This document shows positions 9,458 to 19,954 of a stretch of DNA of 64,000 nt, in pieces. Under the pieces are notes generated by a model. It was given only the letters and a program-made list of their open reading frames with translations, ran no database searches and had not been told where the DNA came from. The position numbers were made by a program, and so were the translations under genes. Each line of letters opens with the position of its first letter. Position 1 is the first letter of the stretch. The stretch comes from a virus (Duplodnaviria > Caudoviricetes): positions 51,936 to 115,935 of IMG/VR virus record IMGVR_UViG_2832702071_000001; one strand, given 5' to 3'.

Positions 9458-10507
9458 TTAATTGGCTTTTTTAATTGCTTCAATCAACCGATTGGATGAG
9501 TAGTGTTCTATTAATTTTTGTTCAGGTATTTTCGCTAAAAAATAATCTCCATCATTAACAAATCTAGTAAAAGACTCTAATATTCTTTCTTTATCTCCTT
9601 TTATTATTCCGTTGATATAAACATCTAAGTAATCTTTCTCATCGCAAATAAATATTTGATTAATTTTATTTTTTTTAATCGCATTAATTTTGTCAAACCT
9701 TGATGCAATCCCTTTTACATTCTGTTCTCCTACAATTTTAAAATATTCAATAGCTTTATTTTTATATAAATTCATCTTTTCTAATGATTCATCCATATAA
9801 GAAAGCGCAATGCTATTGTAGGCAAAACCCAAAAAACTATTAGAGATATTTAAAGATATAATTTCACTACATATTTCTCTAGATTTTTCAATGTCCATTT
9901 TGTATCTAAGTTCTACGTGAGATTTTATTTGTAAAAATCGAGCTTTATAGTATTGAAATAAATTTGATCCCTCTATTTCATTTATCTTCTTAGATAGTAA
10001 AAGACAAATGCTATCGGTAGCTCTAAAGTTTTTTTCAATATAGAAATAATACATTTCCATTATTTTCAAAAAAACTTTGAATTCGGATTTATTGATTTTT
10101 AGATCCTCAATTGCCAGATACATATCCAAAGCTGAAATAAATCCTTGTTTCCAGTCTAAAAATACACTATACACCTCAGTAGCTTCTTTGACATCTTGAT
10201 TTTTAAAACTCTTTGACCTTTCAACAATTTCTCTAGCCGAATCAAATTGATGATTAATTGCCATATACTCCAACGCTACTAAAATATGGCTTGGTTTAGT
10301 GATAGATTGGCAATATTCTCTTAACAATTCTATCTCTTTTTCTGGGTCTAAAAACTTGACTAGCGACAAAACAATATCGAATCTAATAGATTCATTTGAC
10401 GTTAAGAATTTATGGATAATCCCTTCAGAGCAATTAATTTGTTTACTTATATGGTTATAAGTGTACCCCTTTACTTCCATTGTGTTTAACAGTTGTTGTC
10501 TAATCAT
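9458..10507 (-). CDS. aimR: Arbitrium receptor AimR (N-terminal HTH plus TPR-like helices)
   Basis: N-terminal HTH, ALEY motif, helical C-terminus, followed by a secreted-peptide gene; likely ATG at 10507 (ORF track start 10594). Confidence 0.82.
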   Translation of the reverse strand: MIRQQLLNTMEVKGYTYNHISKQINCSEGIIHKFLTSNESIRFDIVLSLVKFLDPEKEIELLREYCQSITKPSHILVALEYMAINHQFDSAREIVERSKSFKNQDVKEATEVYSVFLDWKQGFISALDMYLAIEDLKINKSEFKVFLKIMEMYYFYIEKNFRATDSICLLLSKKINEIEGSNLFQYYKARFLQIKSHVELRYKMDIEKSREICSEIISLNISNSFLGFAYNSIALSYMDESLEKMNLYKNKAIEYFKIVGEQNVKGIASRFDKINAIKKNKINQIFICDEKDYLDVYINGIIKGDKERILESFTRFVNDGDYFLAKIPEQKLIEHYSSNRLIEAIKKAN

Positions 10508-10656
10508 GCCTAAGTCACCCTCGCTGATATTGGTATGAACCAATAATACCATTTTTGTTTCATATTTGCAACGATTTTTTCCCAATATTTTCATTGTTTT
10601 TACTACTTATTTCATATATACTTTCCATATACATATAATAGAGGTGGTAAACGGAT

Positions 10657-10956
10657 ATGAATTTTATTATCGCAGAAAACTTAAAATTAATACGCTCCAC
10701 AAATGGCTACTCACTAAGTCTTGTTAGCGAAGGAACGGGTATCACAAAATCAACCTTATCTAGAATAGAAAATGGTAAATCACCTATAACGGTTGACCAC
10801 CTAGATAGTTTAACCTCATTTTACAACATTGATATTAAATTGCTATTCATTAAAATTAAAAATGAAAACAAACGTGAATACATAAATTTATTAGAAAAAA
10901 TTAAACGAACACCGATTGAAAATGTAAGCATCGAAATGTTGAGAAAATTTGTTTAA
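10657..10956 (+). CDS. XRE-family HTH regulator
   Basis: SLSLVSEGTGITKSTLSRIENGKSP; divergent from aimR; GAGGTGG SD. Confidence 0.85.
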   Translation: MNFIIAENLKLIRSTNGYSLSLVSEGTGITKSTLSRIENGKSPITVDHLDSLTSFYNIDIKLLFIKIKNENKREYINLLEKIKRTPIENVSIEMLRKFV

Positions 10957-11032
10957 CTTTAAATATATTATAATACATTTTCTCAACATTTGTACGACTA
11001 ATCGTTCGACACTTATCGACTAAATGCGATTT

Positions 11033-11935
11033 TTATTCATTCTTGCCAACTAACAATTCTACGTGGTAAGCGTCATCGTCGTCAATTAATTGCGCTATCG
11101 CCCGTAGTTTATTGGCAAGTACCGAACCTGTATCTTCATTTTTTAACTCAAATAAAAAACTAAAGTCGTCATTTAATTCATGACTAAATTTATCGATATT
11201 ATCCTGTTTGATTTCAGTGTTTTCTGGACTAGATATTTTATTTTCCTCGCCACTATCACCCTGACTGTAACTACTACCAACACCTAGCATATCGTAGTCT
11301 GACTCTTCCTTATTTTCTTGATTATATATAAAAGCTTCATCTTCAATAGTTTCTTGTTCGTTTCTAGCAGCCTTTCTCCATTGGGATCTACTTGATTTCA
11401 GACTAGATGAAGATTTATATCCCCAATAATCCGCCAATTCTTCATAAGTAAACCCATCATCATTTAAATACTTATCAAGTAAATTATTTTTTTCTTTTGG
11501 ACTTAGCTTATTAAATTCTTTTCTATTAATAATTTTATCAGCCACAACAGATGCACCCTTTTCTTCATTTATTAATTTATTTTTAATATTATAAAAAGAT
11601 GTTTCACTAATACCCATAGATTCTGCGATATGTCTATTTGTATTATTTTTCATCCATCTTAATAATAGTTCTTTTTGTCTTCCTCGATTTAAATTTTTAA
11701 AATCCCTGTAATTCATTATATCAATATATAAGTTAGACACTTTAGTCTTAGAATTTTTTTTATTAGGCTGACCTTTAAAATTCGACAATCCCCTCCAATA
11801 GCCACTTGATTTTGCTTTTTCACCTCTACTCACCTTATTGTGAGAACCCCTACCGATGCGCTTTTGAGTGCTTATCTCTTTGTTAAACATCCGAGTAATT
11901 TCTTCTGAACTTTCTAATTTAACCATAATTAGCAC
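11033..11935 (-). CDS. Putative DNA-binding protein with two HTH-like segments
   Basis: NRHIAESMGISETSFYNIK and YEELADYWGYKSSSSLK. Confidence 0.6.
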   Translation of the reverse strand: MLIMVKLESSEEITRMFNKEISTQKRIGRGSHNKVSRGEKAKSSGYWRGLSNFKGQPNKKNSKTKVSNLYIDIMNYRDFKNLNRGRQKELLLRWMKNNTNRHIAESMGISETSFYNIKNKLINEEKGASVVADKIINRKEFNKLSPKEKNNLLDKYLNDDGFTYEELADYWGYKSSSSLKSSRSQWRKAARNEQETIEDEAFIYNQENKEESDYDMLGVGSSYSQGDSGEENKISSPENTEIKQDNIDKFSHELNDDFSFLFELKNEDTGSVLANKLRAIAQLIDDDDAYHVELLVGKNE

Positions 11936-11974
11936 CTCCCATCTTAACCCTATTATACCTTAATTTTTAACTTT

Positions 11975-13816
11975 TTAAAACTGTTTAATTAGTTTTCCGG
12001 TAAAAAATTCTTCAGTCTTCCCATCCATGATTAAACTTGAATCATTTAATTTATCTTCTAACATTTCTAACAACATTTGATCGATCTCTGCCTCTTCTAC
12101 ATATAAATAATGTATGTTTACAGGTCTTGTTTGACTGATTCTGTGAATTCGTTTTTCCATCTGGTTAACCATCGTTACTGGAGACCAATGGAAGTCAATT
12201 ACAACCATGTGTGCTGCTTTAGTTAAAGTTATACCCTCACCTGCTGCATCAATATTACCAACAAAAACTTTCTTCTCACCATTTTGAAACATATCTACTG
12301 CATTTTGTCTGTCTTTAGCTTCGACATCACCTGTAATTTTTACTACATTATTGTTAAATTTACTTTCTATATAGTCTGCAACATCTGTATAATTAGTAAA
12401 CACAACCACTGATTCATCCTGCTCCAACAAATCTTTAATTAAATTAACAGACTCTTTTGCTTTCGCCAAAGCTAGCTCCATTCTTGCTATATTTAATCTA
12501 ACAAGATGTTGACCATTTTTATTAAATTTTATTCTATTGTTAAGATAGTCTTTAATCGCCTTATTATATTTTGACATATTTATTTTAACAGGTATAAAGT
12601 TTCTAATTCGATCTGGCAGATCTACATAGTCTTCGGTTTTTAATCGAACCATATAATTAGGATACAATCTTTCATTCAATTTCTCTTTATTGCTTGAACC
12701 TAGATAAGTTACCCCAAAACCACTACTCCTATCGGGCTGGCAATATGTGTTAGCAAACCTAAACCAGTTATCTGATGATGGGTGATCTATGAGTCTTAAG
12801 AGGTTGAATATATCCTTAGTATAATTGATAAATGGAGTTGCCGTAATAGGGAACACATACTCTATATTACTTGCTATTTGCAGACTAAGCTTTGCTCGTT
12901 TACTAGATGGATTACCTCTACCATTAATGCCTCTAAGCTTGTGCGCTTCATCAAAAACAACGATATTAAAATCTTCATTTAATATATTCTCCATAAACCG
13001 ATCAATAATATCATAGTTGATAATTACATATTGGCTCATTTTCCATTCATCTTTACTATTTAGAACATTGACTTCAGCATGTTTATTAATTTTGTAGATC
13101 TCTTTCTTCCAATTCTCTTTAATAGTAGCTGGACAAATAATTAAAGTCGGTTTATTAATATACTCACAAGCCATTACTGTTATAGCTGTTTTCCCCAATC
13201 CAGCCTCTAAAGCATCAATTACTTTCTTACCACCCACTAATTTGTTTACAGTATCTATTTGAAAATTATATGGATCAATTGTACTACTAGGAAAATCTTC
13301 TGGTGATATTTTACCATCGCTGTTATAGTGATTTGAAGTAAATTTTTCTAATTCGCTAATATCCACATAATTAAGTTTTTTTAGTTTTTCATACAACCAA
13401 TCTATATCAGACTTTTGAACTCTCCATGATTTGTTTTTGGAATTATACTGTCTGTTCTCTAGATTTTTAATCTGATTTAATATATTCTTATCATAATCAA
13501 AGTTGATAGTTATTGATTTTGAATTTTCTTTAACATTCAATTTAACTGTTTTAATTACTTCTCTCTTATCTTCTGCATTATATGTTTGTTGGTCATCTAT
13601 GTTATCAACAACACCGTTCAATCTTTTAACAATGTCATTGTTATTTTCTTTAATTTGTTCTAAAAAGTGTAAAATATACGTTTTGTCAAAAACCCAAACA
13701 TTATTATTTTCATCATAACTAGAATCTGGTATTTTTTTAATTTCATTGTATAATTCATAATCATACTCGTTTCCCATACTTATGTTTTTTTTATCTACAC
13801 TAACAAACATCCCCAA
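11975..13816 (-). CDS. SNF2-family helicase with N-terminal HARP-like domains
   Basis: EAGLGKT, FDEAH, TATPFIN, AAGEGITLT, RIHRISQ; N-terminal FDYD...IK...Y...W repeats. Confidence 0.88.
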   Translation of the reverse strand: MGMFVSVDKKNISMGNEYDYELYNEIKKIPDSSYDENNNVWVFDKTYILHFLEQIKENNNDIVKRLNGVVDNIDDQQTYNAEDKREVIKTVKLNVKENSKSITINFDYDKNILNQIKNLENRQYNSKNKSWRVQKSDIDWLYEKLKKLNYVDISELEKFTSNHYNSDGKISPEDFPSSTIDPYNFQIDTVNKLVGGKKVIDALEAGLGKTAITVMACEYINKPTLIICPATIKENWKKEIYKINKHAEVNVLNSKDEWKMSQYVIINYDIIDRFMENILNEDFNIVVFDEAHKLRGINGRGNPSSKRAKLSLQIASNIEYVFPITATPFINYTKDIFNLLRLIDHPSSDNWFRFANTYCQPDRSSGFGVTYLGSSNKEKLNERLYPNYMVRLKTEDYVDLPDRIRNFIPVKINMSKYNKAIKDYLNNRIKFNKNGQHLVRLNIARMELALAKAKESVNLIKDLLEQDESVVVFTNYTDVADYIESKFNNNVVKITGDVEAKDRQNAVDMFQNGEKKVFVGNIDAAGEGITLTKAAHMVVIDFHWSPVTMVNQMEKRIHRISQTRPVNIHYLYVEEAEIDQMLLEMLEDKLNDSSLIMDGKTEEFFTGKLIKQF

Positions 13817-14032
13817 TCACCTCTGGTCGTCTGGATTTTGATACTCTATTATTAAACTCACATCTTTAATATTTAATGCCTTCATTATCTTTGTTAAATT
13901 ATCTAGGTTTAATTTACCGGTTTGATTATGAGCATAACTATAGACAGTTGCGTATCTCAATTCAGCTTTCTTTGATAAGAACCTTATGCTTATTTGATGG
14001 TCTTTAAGATATTCCAATAATTTTAACCTCAT
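13817..14032 (-). CDS. Cro/CI-type HTH protein
   Basis: ISIRFLSKKAELRYATV...LDNLTKIMKAL. Confidence 0.8.
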   Translation of the reverse strand: MRLKLLEYLKDHQISIRFLSKKAELRYATVYSYAHNQTGKLNLDNLTKIMKALNIKDVSLIIEYQNPDDQR

Positions 14033-14115
14033 ATAACTCTACCTTTCAACGATAAATTTGTGTTTCTGTTATATTTATTTCCTACCACCCCTAAAGGTAA
14101 GAGGTGGTGGTTCTT

Positions 14116-14757
14116 TTACTTAGATAAGGTTACTTCTGCTATATTTTCTCCCCAATAATCCAATTGGACGAAAATATTGCCCTCTGTGATATCTAAGTCT
14201 TTATTCGCTTCAAAAACAACACTACCACGTAATTGAGAACCTGATTTTATTTCACTCGAAAATATATTTCCTTCTGTTCCAATAGCTGAAACAACGCTGC
14301 TGTCAGTAATAGGACTATGTTCTACTCCATTACCATCTAAAAACTTTATTGAACCAGGATCAATTGATATTGGGTCATTACCTTTATTTTCAATTGTTAC
14401 ACTAGATGCAATAAACTTACTGTTTTGTTCTGTGGGTTTGACAATAGTTTCTCCTGTATCAACCCCCTCTAAAGAACCTATAGTATTTAATGTAAAAGAA
14501 ACGCTGTTTATCGTTGCTTGTTCACCTATACCAACTTCTAACTCTTTAATCTCTTCTTCTTTAACATCCTCTGATCCACTTTCACTATTCATATTTTTTG
14601 TATTCACATCATCATCGACAACTTCACTGGATTTATTTTTTACTTCTGAGGCTTGACCACCACTTTCTCCTGTTCCACATCCTCCTAATAAAAAAAGTAT
14701 GCTTGTAATGGCGATTGCAAATAAATATAATTTCTTTGTTTCTCTCATAAATATCAT
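14116..14757 (-). CDS. DUF4352-like lipoprotein
   Basis: Lipobox LLGGC, low-complexity linker, VTIENKG...IKSG...GSVVFE domain. Confidence 0.75.
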   Translation of the reverse strand: MIFMRETKKLYLFAIAITSILFLLGGCGTGESGGQASEVKNKSSEVVDDDVNTKNMNSESGSEDVKEEEIKELEVGIGEQATINSVSFTLNTIGSLEGVDTGETIVKPTEQNSKFIASSVTIENKGNDPISIDPGSIKFLDGNGVEHSPITDSSVVSAIGTEGNIFSSEIKSGSQLRGSVVFEANKDLDITEGNIFVQLDYWGENIAEVTLSK

Positions 14758-14894
14758 CTCCTTTTTACTATTATCTTCCTCTAATAATAAGTATATGATA
14801 TTTATGAGTGTTATCGCAATTTTTTTAGCGATATTTTGTACATTCTGTTATACAAATATATTAATATGAGTTTTCTGTTTTATCTTAATAATCC

Positions 14895-14928
14895 AGTGAT
14901 AATATCTATATAGTGATAATATCTATAT
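14895..14928. repeat. 17-bp tandem duplication
   Basis: AGTGATAATATCTATAT twice. Confidence 0.85.
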
Positions 14929-15010
14929 TCTGTTATATCAATTAGTACACTACTATATATAAAACAAATAACGATAATTACACGATAAGTTAAAATTCAC
15001 ATTTTATTAG

Positions 15011-15235
15011 CTAATGAGCTTCTATTTTTATTATTAATCTATTATTTAGGTTGCAGCGTTCTTCATATGCTTCTGTAAACATTAATTCGACTATCGCATT
15101 TGTATCTAATACATAAATAGGCAGTTCAGTTTCAACGTCATCTACATAATACTCGCCTTGACCAACGCTTCTTATGTTACAAGTATAAGTGCGTCCTTCC
15201 TTCTTGACGTTAAACTTACTATCTTTATTAATCAT
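15011..15235 (-). CDS. Hypothetical protein
   Basis: AAGGAGG SD. Confidence 0.65.
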   Translation of the reverse strand: MINKDSKFNVKKEGRTYTCNIRSVGQGEYYVDDVETELPIYVLDTNAIVELMFTEAYEERCNLNNRLIIKIEAH

Positions 15236-15550
15236 ATTAATGCCTCCTTATCCAATAAATAATCTATTTTATTAATACTTGTTCCCAAAATGATAGACAT
15301 AGTCATCAAAAGAAATTACTCTATATTCTTTATAAAATGCTTACCGTGTACATTTTTGATTCCACCACTCATATTAATGCTGATATCGTTAATAGTTAAA
15401 TTTTCATTATTTAACAAATCTTTTATAACGCTACTCTTTAATACATCGTTTTCCCATTTATTATATAAAGTTGTATTCATTCTAATCCCTCCATATAATC
15501 CTTTAAAATTCCGTTTTTATCGGAAGGCTAGCGATATTTGTACTAGCCTG

Positions 15551-16735
15551 TTATACTGTTTCTTGTTCCTTATACAAAGGTGACAATCCGTATCTTTTAA
15601 TAGCGTTCTGAATCAATGTCTCTAACTTTTCTTTATTCATACTAACCGCCTTACTAGCTACATCTTTTGCTTCTCTTTGCGTTGCTTTATTGGTTGCTAT
15701 ATTTAATCCAGTTTGTTCCTCTACAATGCTATATGTGTTATCTTCATTGTATTTTAAATAGGCTTTAATACCCTCAATGTTTAACTTTTTACCATGAGAT
15801 TCAACAAAATTATGTTGACCATTATCATTCTTTAACCAGTAGAATTTTTGAACATTATTAGATGAAGTATTATTACTTCCTTTATACTCTCTATCCTCAA
15901 AGACCGCCTTAACTTTGGCTGTTATAGTAATGTTTTTGTCATCCATTGATACATTATCAAATACTTTAAACAGTATGTCTTTCTCTAACTTCATAGTAGG
16001 GTATCCTTCAATAGTATATTCTCTCTTATTTTGATCTGTATCATTTTCATTTTCGACATACATTTGTAGGTAATGTATGCAATAATCTTGATTACCTAGC
16101 ATAATAGTGAATTTTTCATGCATTGCATTGTAAAATGATTCCTTTTCTTCATCTACATATATACTTTTGATCTTTTCCCAGTGATTATCTAGTATGGATG
16201 TTATAGGATTGACTTCAAATTTATCTAGTATTTTCTCCCCGATTAAATGCCATTCCCTCTGCTTTCTTTCTCTTCTTTCTTTGTGTTCTTGCTCCTCTTT
16301 CTGTCTTTTCGCTTCTGTCTCTTCTCTTTCCTTTTGTGCTCTTTCTTGCTCCAGCCTTTCCTTTTGCTCTTTTTCTACCTTCTCATTATCAATAAATAAT
16401 TGTGCTTTTTCTTCATTTAGTAAATCATTGTTGATTAAGTGTAATGCGTAGTTATAAGCTGTTTTCGTTACTTCAGTATAAGTATTGTCGTCATGTTGTA
16501 TCTTGTAAAGTGTTTTAGGCTTTGTATAATCGTCTAAACGTCTACTGTAATATGAGTAATTTTCTTCAAAATTAGGCTTGCTACCTTCTTGTAACTTGAT
16601 AAAAACATATTCTTTCATCGACATTACTTCACCATCAAACCTCCATAGTTTATCAAGTGTATTTTTAATTTTTGCTACTTGCATAGGTTTTTTATTGTTT
16701 GTAAATCCAAAGTAAGTATTTTTTAAATTCATCAT
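15551..16735 (-). CDS. Hypothetical phage protein with a central coiled coil
   Basis: 394 aa, E/R/K-rich middle, SD, downstream hairpin at 15525-15549. Confidence 0.8.
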   Translation of the reverse strand: MMNLKNTYFGFTNNKKPMQVAKIKNTLDKLWRFDGEVMSMKEYVFIKLQEGSKPNFEENYSYYSRRLDDYTKPKTLYKIQHDDNTYTEVTKTAYNYALHLINNDLLNEEKAQLFIDNEKVEKEQKERLEQERAQKEREETEAKRQKEEQEHKERRERKQREWHLIGEKILDKFEVNPITSILDNHWEKIKSIYVDEEKESFYNAMHEKFTIMLGNQDYCIHYLQMYVENENDTDQNKREYTIEGYPTMKLEKDILFKVFDNVSMDDKNITITAKVKAVFEDREYKGSNNTSSNNVQKFYWLKNDNGQHNFVESHGKKLNIEGIKAYLKYNEDNTYSIVEEQTGLNIATNKATQREAKDVASKAVSMNKEKLETLIQNAIKRYGLSPLYKEQETV

Positions 16736-16820
16736 GTTTCATCTCCTTTAATTTTTCCTATAAAATAATCGTTTTAACCCTCACTATATGTATATAAACA
16801 AGTTATACAAAATTACACGA

Positions 16821-17099
16821 TTACTCATAAATAATTTCAAACTTTTCCAACCCTGTTCGATCATAGTTAAAATGATAAATATGACTATCTATGATATTTA
16901 CTATCTCTTCATACTCATATTTATCCAACGAATAAGCATGTAGAATGCCTCCATGTAGCGCAAACAAAATTGAATCTGTCTCAAAAATTTTTAACCTTGA
17001 TACATCGAACACATAGTCTGTAGAATCTAAATAAAAATAGCTATGATTATCTAAACGCTTCAACTCTATCAACAACGTGTCTTTTGTCATAAATGCCAC
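16821..17099 (-). CDS. Hypothetical protein
   Basis: GGAGG SD. Confidence 0.6.
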   Translation of the reverse strand: MAFMTKDTLLIELKRLDNHSYFYLDSTDYVFDVSRLKIFETDSILFALHGGILHAYSLDKYEYEEIVNIIDSHIYHFNYDRTGLEKFEIIYE

Positions 17100-17452
17100 C
17101 TCCTATTTGATATTTCTGGTGATATTTATTGGTTTCTGTTATATAAATATATGTTAATTATAAATTATTATAAATTTAATTTCAACATATATTTATATTA
17201 AATATTAATTGTTGCAATAAAATTATTTTTGATACGATTAATTGTTTTAACCTCTTCTTCTAGCCCATCCTTATAAAAACAGGTTTCAATCATAAATTTG
17301 ATCTGTTTTTCTTGTTGCTTTAATAATCTCAACAAATATAGTTTTCCTGTTTACTCATAGCTGCACCCCTAGCAATATTTTTTTGTTTCTGTTATATAGA
17401 GTTAGTATTTGTGAAAATATATACCAACTCTATATATTTGTATTTCAAGCAC

Positions 17453-17935
17453 CTACTCAACAATATCAACAATAGTATATTTGTTTTCAATTCCAGTTGA
17501 AGCTGTTACTTCTTCATTTGAAAGCACATCGTTTAAAAAAGATATAATACCATCTTTTGTCATTCTCTCCTCTAATACCATTGAGACCGTGTTACTATCT
17601 GGGTCAATCGGTTCAGCGACAACAACCCTCTTGTTTCTATTTTCAAAATCAATTTTATTAAATTGGTCAATATCTGCAATTGTCATTAAATGATTGTACT
17701 GTGTTTTTTCCTCAATATTCAACTCCAATTTTTCTCCTTCTTCATCAATTAATAAGTGGTCATTGTGTGATAACCATTCCTTCATACTTTGATAAACTTC
17801 AAAATGTACTAAATCATCAACAAACACTGTTTTTCTTTCTTTTTTACTATTTCCCGTAAGTCTCACATCTGCCAATAATTCATAAACTTCTAGCTTACTA
17901 CCGTTATTCAAATTTACTTTTACCATAATTTTCAC
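17453..17935 (-). CDS. Hypothetical protein
   Basis: 160 aa; GGGGTG SD before the second Met. Confidence 0.7.
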   Translation of the reverse strand: MKIMVKVNLNNGSKLEVYELLADVRLTGNSKKERKTVFVDDLVHFEVYQSMKEWLSHNDHLLIDEEGEKLELNIEEKTQYNHLMTIADIDQFNKIDFENRNKRVVVAEPIDPDSNTVSMVLEERMTKDGIISFLNDVLSNEEVTASTGIENKYTIVDIVE

Positions 17936-18019
17936 CCCTATTTTTTTAACTTTTATACTAATATTTTACTATAGATTTCCAGCGATTAAAAGTAGTTTTT
18001 GTTATATAAAATGATACAT

Positions 18020-18202
18020 TTATTGGATAGATACATTTGTAACTGTTATAAGATTTCTACTTATTAACATATCCCTAGATACTAATGTAATGGCTTTTTC
18101 TTTGGCTGATTCTCTATCCGCATCCCAAATATTTATATAGCCATTATAATTAAAATCCATTCCCCTAGCGTTCCAGCTAACTATATAATTTCTTCCATCC
18201 AT
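18020..18202 (-). CDS. Hypothetical protein
   Basis: AAGGAG SD. Confidence 0.6.
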   Translation of the reverse strand: MDGRNYIVSWNARGMDFNYNGYINIWDADRESAKEKAITLVSRDMLISRNLITVTNVSIQ

Positions 18203-18225
18203 TTCTTACGCTCTCCTTATATAAA

Positions 18226-18534
18226 TTATCGCACCAGTTCTTTTACTTCTGATCGCAAACCTTCAATTATTCCATCATTCTTTAATTCATATTTATTATT
18301 GAATCTATATACATCATATAAGAATATTTGTTCACCATTCGCATTAATTCTAGCCCTTTTAAAAGGCTTTCTAATTCTTATGTTGCCTTTACTTGGTTGC
18401 ATAGTTTCAAGCGTGGCGACTTTTTCATTGTCTTTTATAGTAACCGTAAACCATGCGTCAGTGATACAAGATCCATTTTTATATAATTCGTTATGAATGC
18501 TATCAAAGAACTCTTTATCAGTCATAATTAACAT
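18226..18534 (-). CDS. Hypothetical protein
   Basis: AAGGAG SD. Confidence 0.65.
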   Translation of the reverse strand: MLIMTDKEFFDSIHNELYKNGSCITDAWFTVTIKDNEKVATLETMQPSKGNIRIRKPFKRARINANGEQIFLYDVYRFNNKYELKNDGIIEGLRSEVKELVR

Positions 18535-18553
18535 ACTCCTTCTAAGCTATTTT

Positions 18554-18760
18554 TTAACTATTAGCTTTATTAATCGCTTTTAGTTCTTCATCTATGATTT
18601 TATGCGCATACTCTGTTGGAGCAAATTTAACTCTTTCTAATACCTTTTTGTAAAGTTCTGCCTTATTGCTCTGTTTAATTAAATAATCATAATCTTCCTC
18701 TTGCGCTCTTAAGACTCCACTATCCTTACTTCCTAAAAAGCTTTTATTCAAAACTGCCAC
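18554..18760 (-). CDS. Hypothetical protein
   Basis: 68 aa ORF in the array. Confidence 0.5.
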   Translation of the reverse strand: MAVLNKSFLGSKDSGVLRAQEEDYDYLIKQSNKAELYKKVLERVKFAPTEYAHKIIDEELKAINKANS

Positions 18761-18822
18761 CCCTTATATTATAATTCTTTTTAAAATGGTAATTTTATTC
18801 TATACTAATTAATTCAAATATA

Positions 18823-19053
18823 TCAATAGTTTCCTCCTTTTAAATAATCCGATAATATGAAAGAAAATTCTCCTGCTTTATAGTCTCCTGCATAGTTAGC
18901 ATTAGTGAAAGCATGTTCTAATTTTTTTACTGTTCCTCTTTGGTCAAACACATTTTCATTCTTCAAAATTGCGTTTACATCGTTTATAATAAACGGTAGA
19001 TCACTTTCACTAGCTAATTTTACAGATACCCTTTTAATTAATTCAATCGTCAT
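18823..19053 (-). CDS. Hypothetical protein
   Basis: GGAGG SD. Confidence 0.65.
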   Translation of the reverse strand: MTIELIKRVSVKLASESDLPFIINDVNAILKNENVFDQRGTVKKLEHAFTNANYAGDYKAGEFSFILSDYLKGGNY

Positions 19054-19102
19054 TGTAAATCCCTCCTAATTTTAAGACAAAAATTATAGATTTAACTTAA
19101 TA

Positions 19103-19378
19103 TTACAAGTAAATATCTGGTGTATTGTATCCTTTAGTGGCTTGTAAATAATCCTCTTTTGTAACCTCTTTACATGAAACAAGATAATCTCTATCTATTA
19201 ATTGAAAGTGCCCATCTATAACATTATAACCTTCTACCCATTTTTTACCTTTTAATTTTTCGTTTTGTGTTCCGTTGCATTCATTCTCATAAGCTATAAA
19301 ATGTAATAGTGCTTCGTTTGATGTAGGATTGACAACTTCACTTTCTCTAAAATAACCTAAAATTTTTATATGTTCCAT
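19103..19378 (-). CDS. Hypothetical protein
   Basis: AAGGAG SD. Confidence 0.65.
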   Translation of the reverse strand: MEHIKILGYFRESEVVNPTSNEALLHFIAYENECNGTQNEKLKGKKWVEGYNVIDGHFQLIDRDYLVSCKEVTKEDYLQATKGYNTPDIYL

Positions 19379-19583
19379 TTTACATTCTCCTTTTATTAAT
19401 TATCCTTTAAAATTAATAATGTTTTTTTCACAATAATTCATTGCTTTTGTCACTGTTGTAAATCCATCTTTTATCATTTTTCTATTGTCTCTGTCTAGTG
19501 TTATTGAAATACTCTCATCCTTTTCTTTTACAATTGCATAATTTAACATTCTTGTATTCTCCTTTTCGATTAAAATGTAGTAT

Positions 19584-19841
19584 TTATTGCAACGTGTATT
19601 TATAAATCCCTATCCATACTTGTATAGTATTTTTTGAATACCCTATTAATTCTAATCCTCTGAATAGATTCCTTTTATCTGTCTTATTGAATTTCTTTAC
19701 TTTATCCTTATTGATACATGCTAAGTCAAAGTTATGTTTTTTAAATAAGCACAATAATAACTGTTTCCCTTTTGTATAATCGTTTGATGTCTTTGTCATC
19801 TCTTTTCTTACTTGATCTTGCCATTTTGCCATAATTAACAA
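19584..19841 (-). CDS. Hypothetical protein
   Basis: GGAGG SD; first gene after a repeated promoter. Confidence 0.6.
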   Translation of the reverse strand: MLIMAKWQDQVRKEMTKTSNDYTKGKQLLLCLFKKHNFDLACINKDKVKKFNKTDKRNLFRGLELIGYSKNTIQVWIGIYKYTLQ

Positions 19842-19896
19842 CCTCCATAAGATAAAATTATAGTTTTAATTGATTAATTGTTATGTTTAACTTAAC

Positions 19897-19954
19897 TTGA
19901 TTATATACTATGTTGAGTATATAATCAATACTTTTTTATATTAAATTATAATTA
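19897..19954 (-). promoter_or_regulatory. Repeated early sigmaA promoter unit, copy 1
   Basis: 18-bp motif, then TTGATT-17-TATAAT (minus); embedded 13-6-13 perfect palindrome. Confidence 0.8.
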
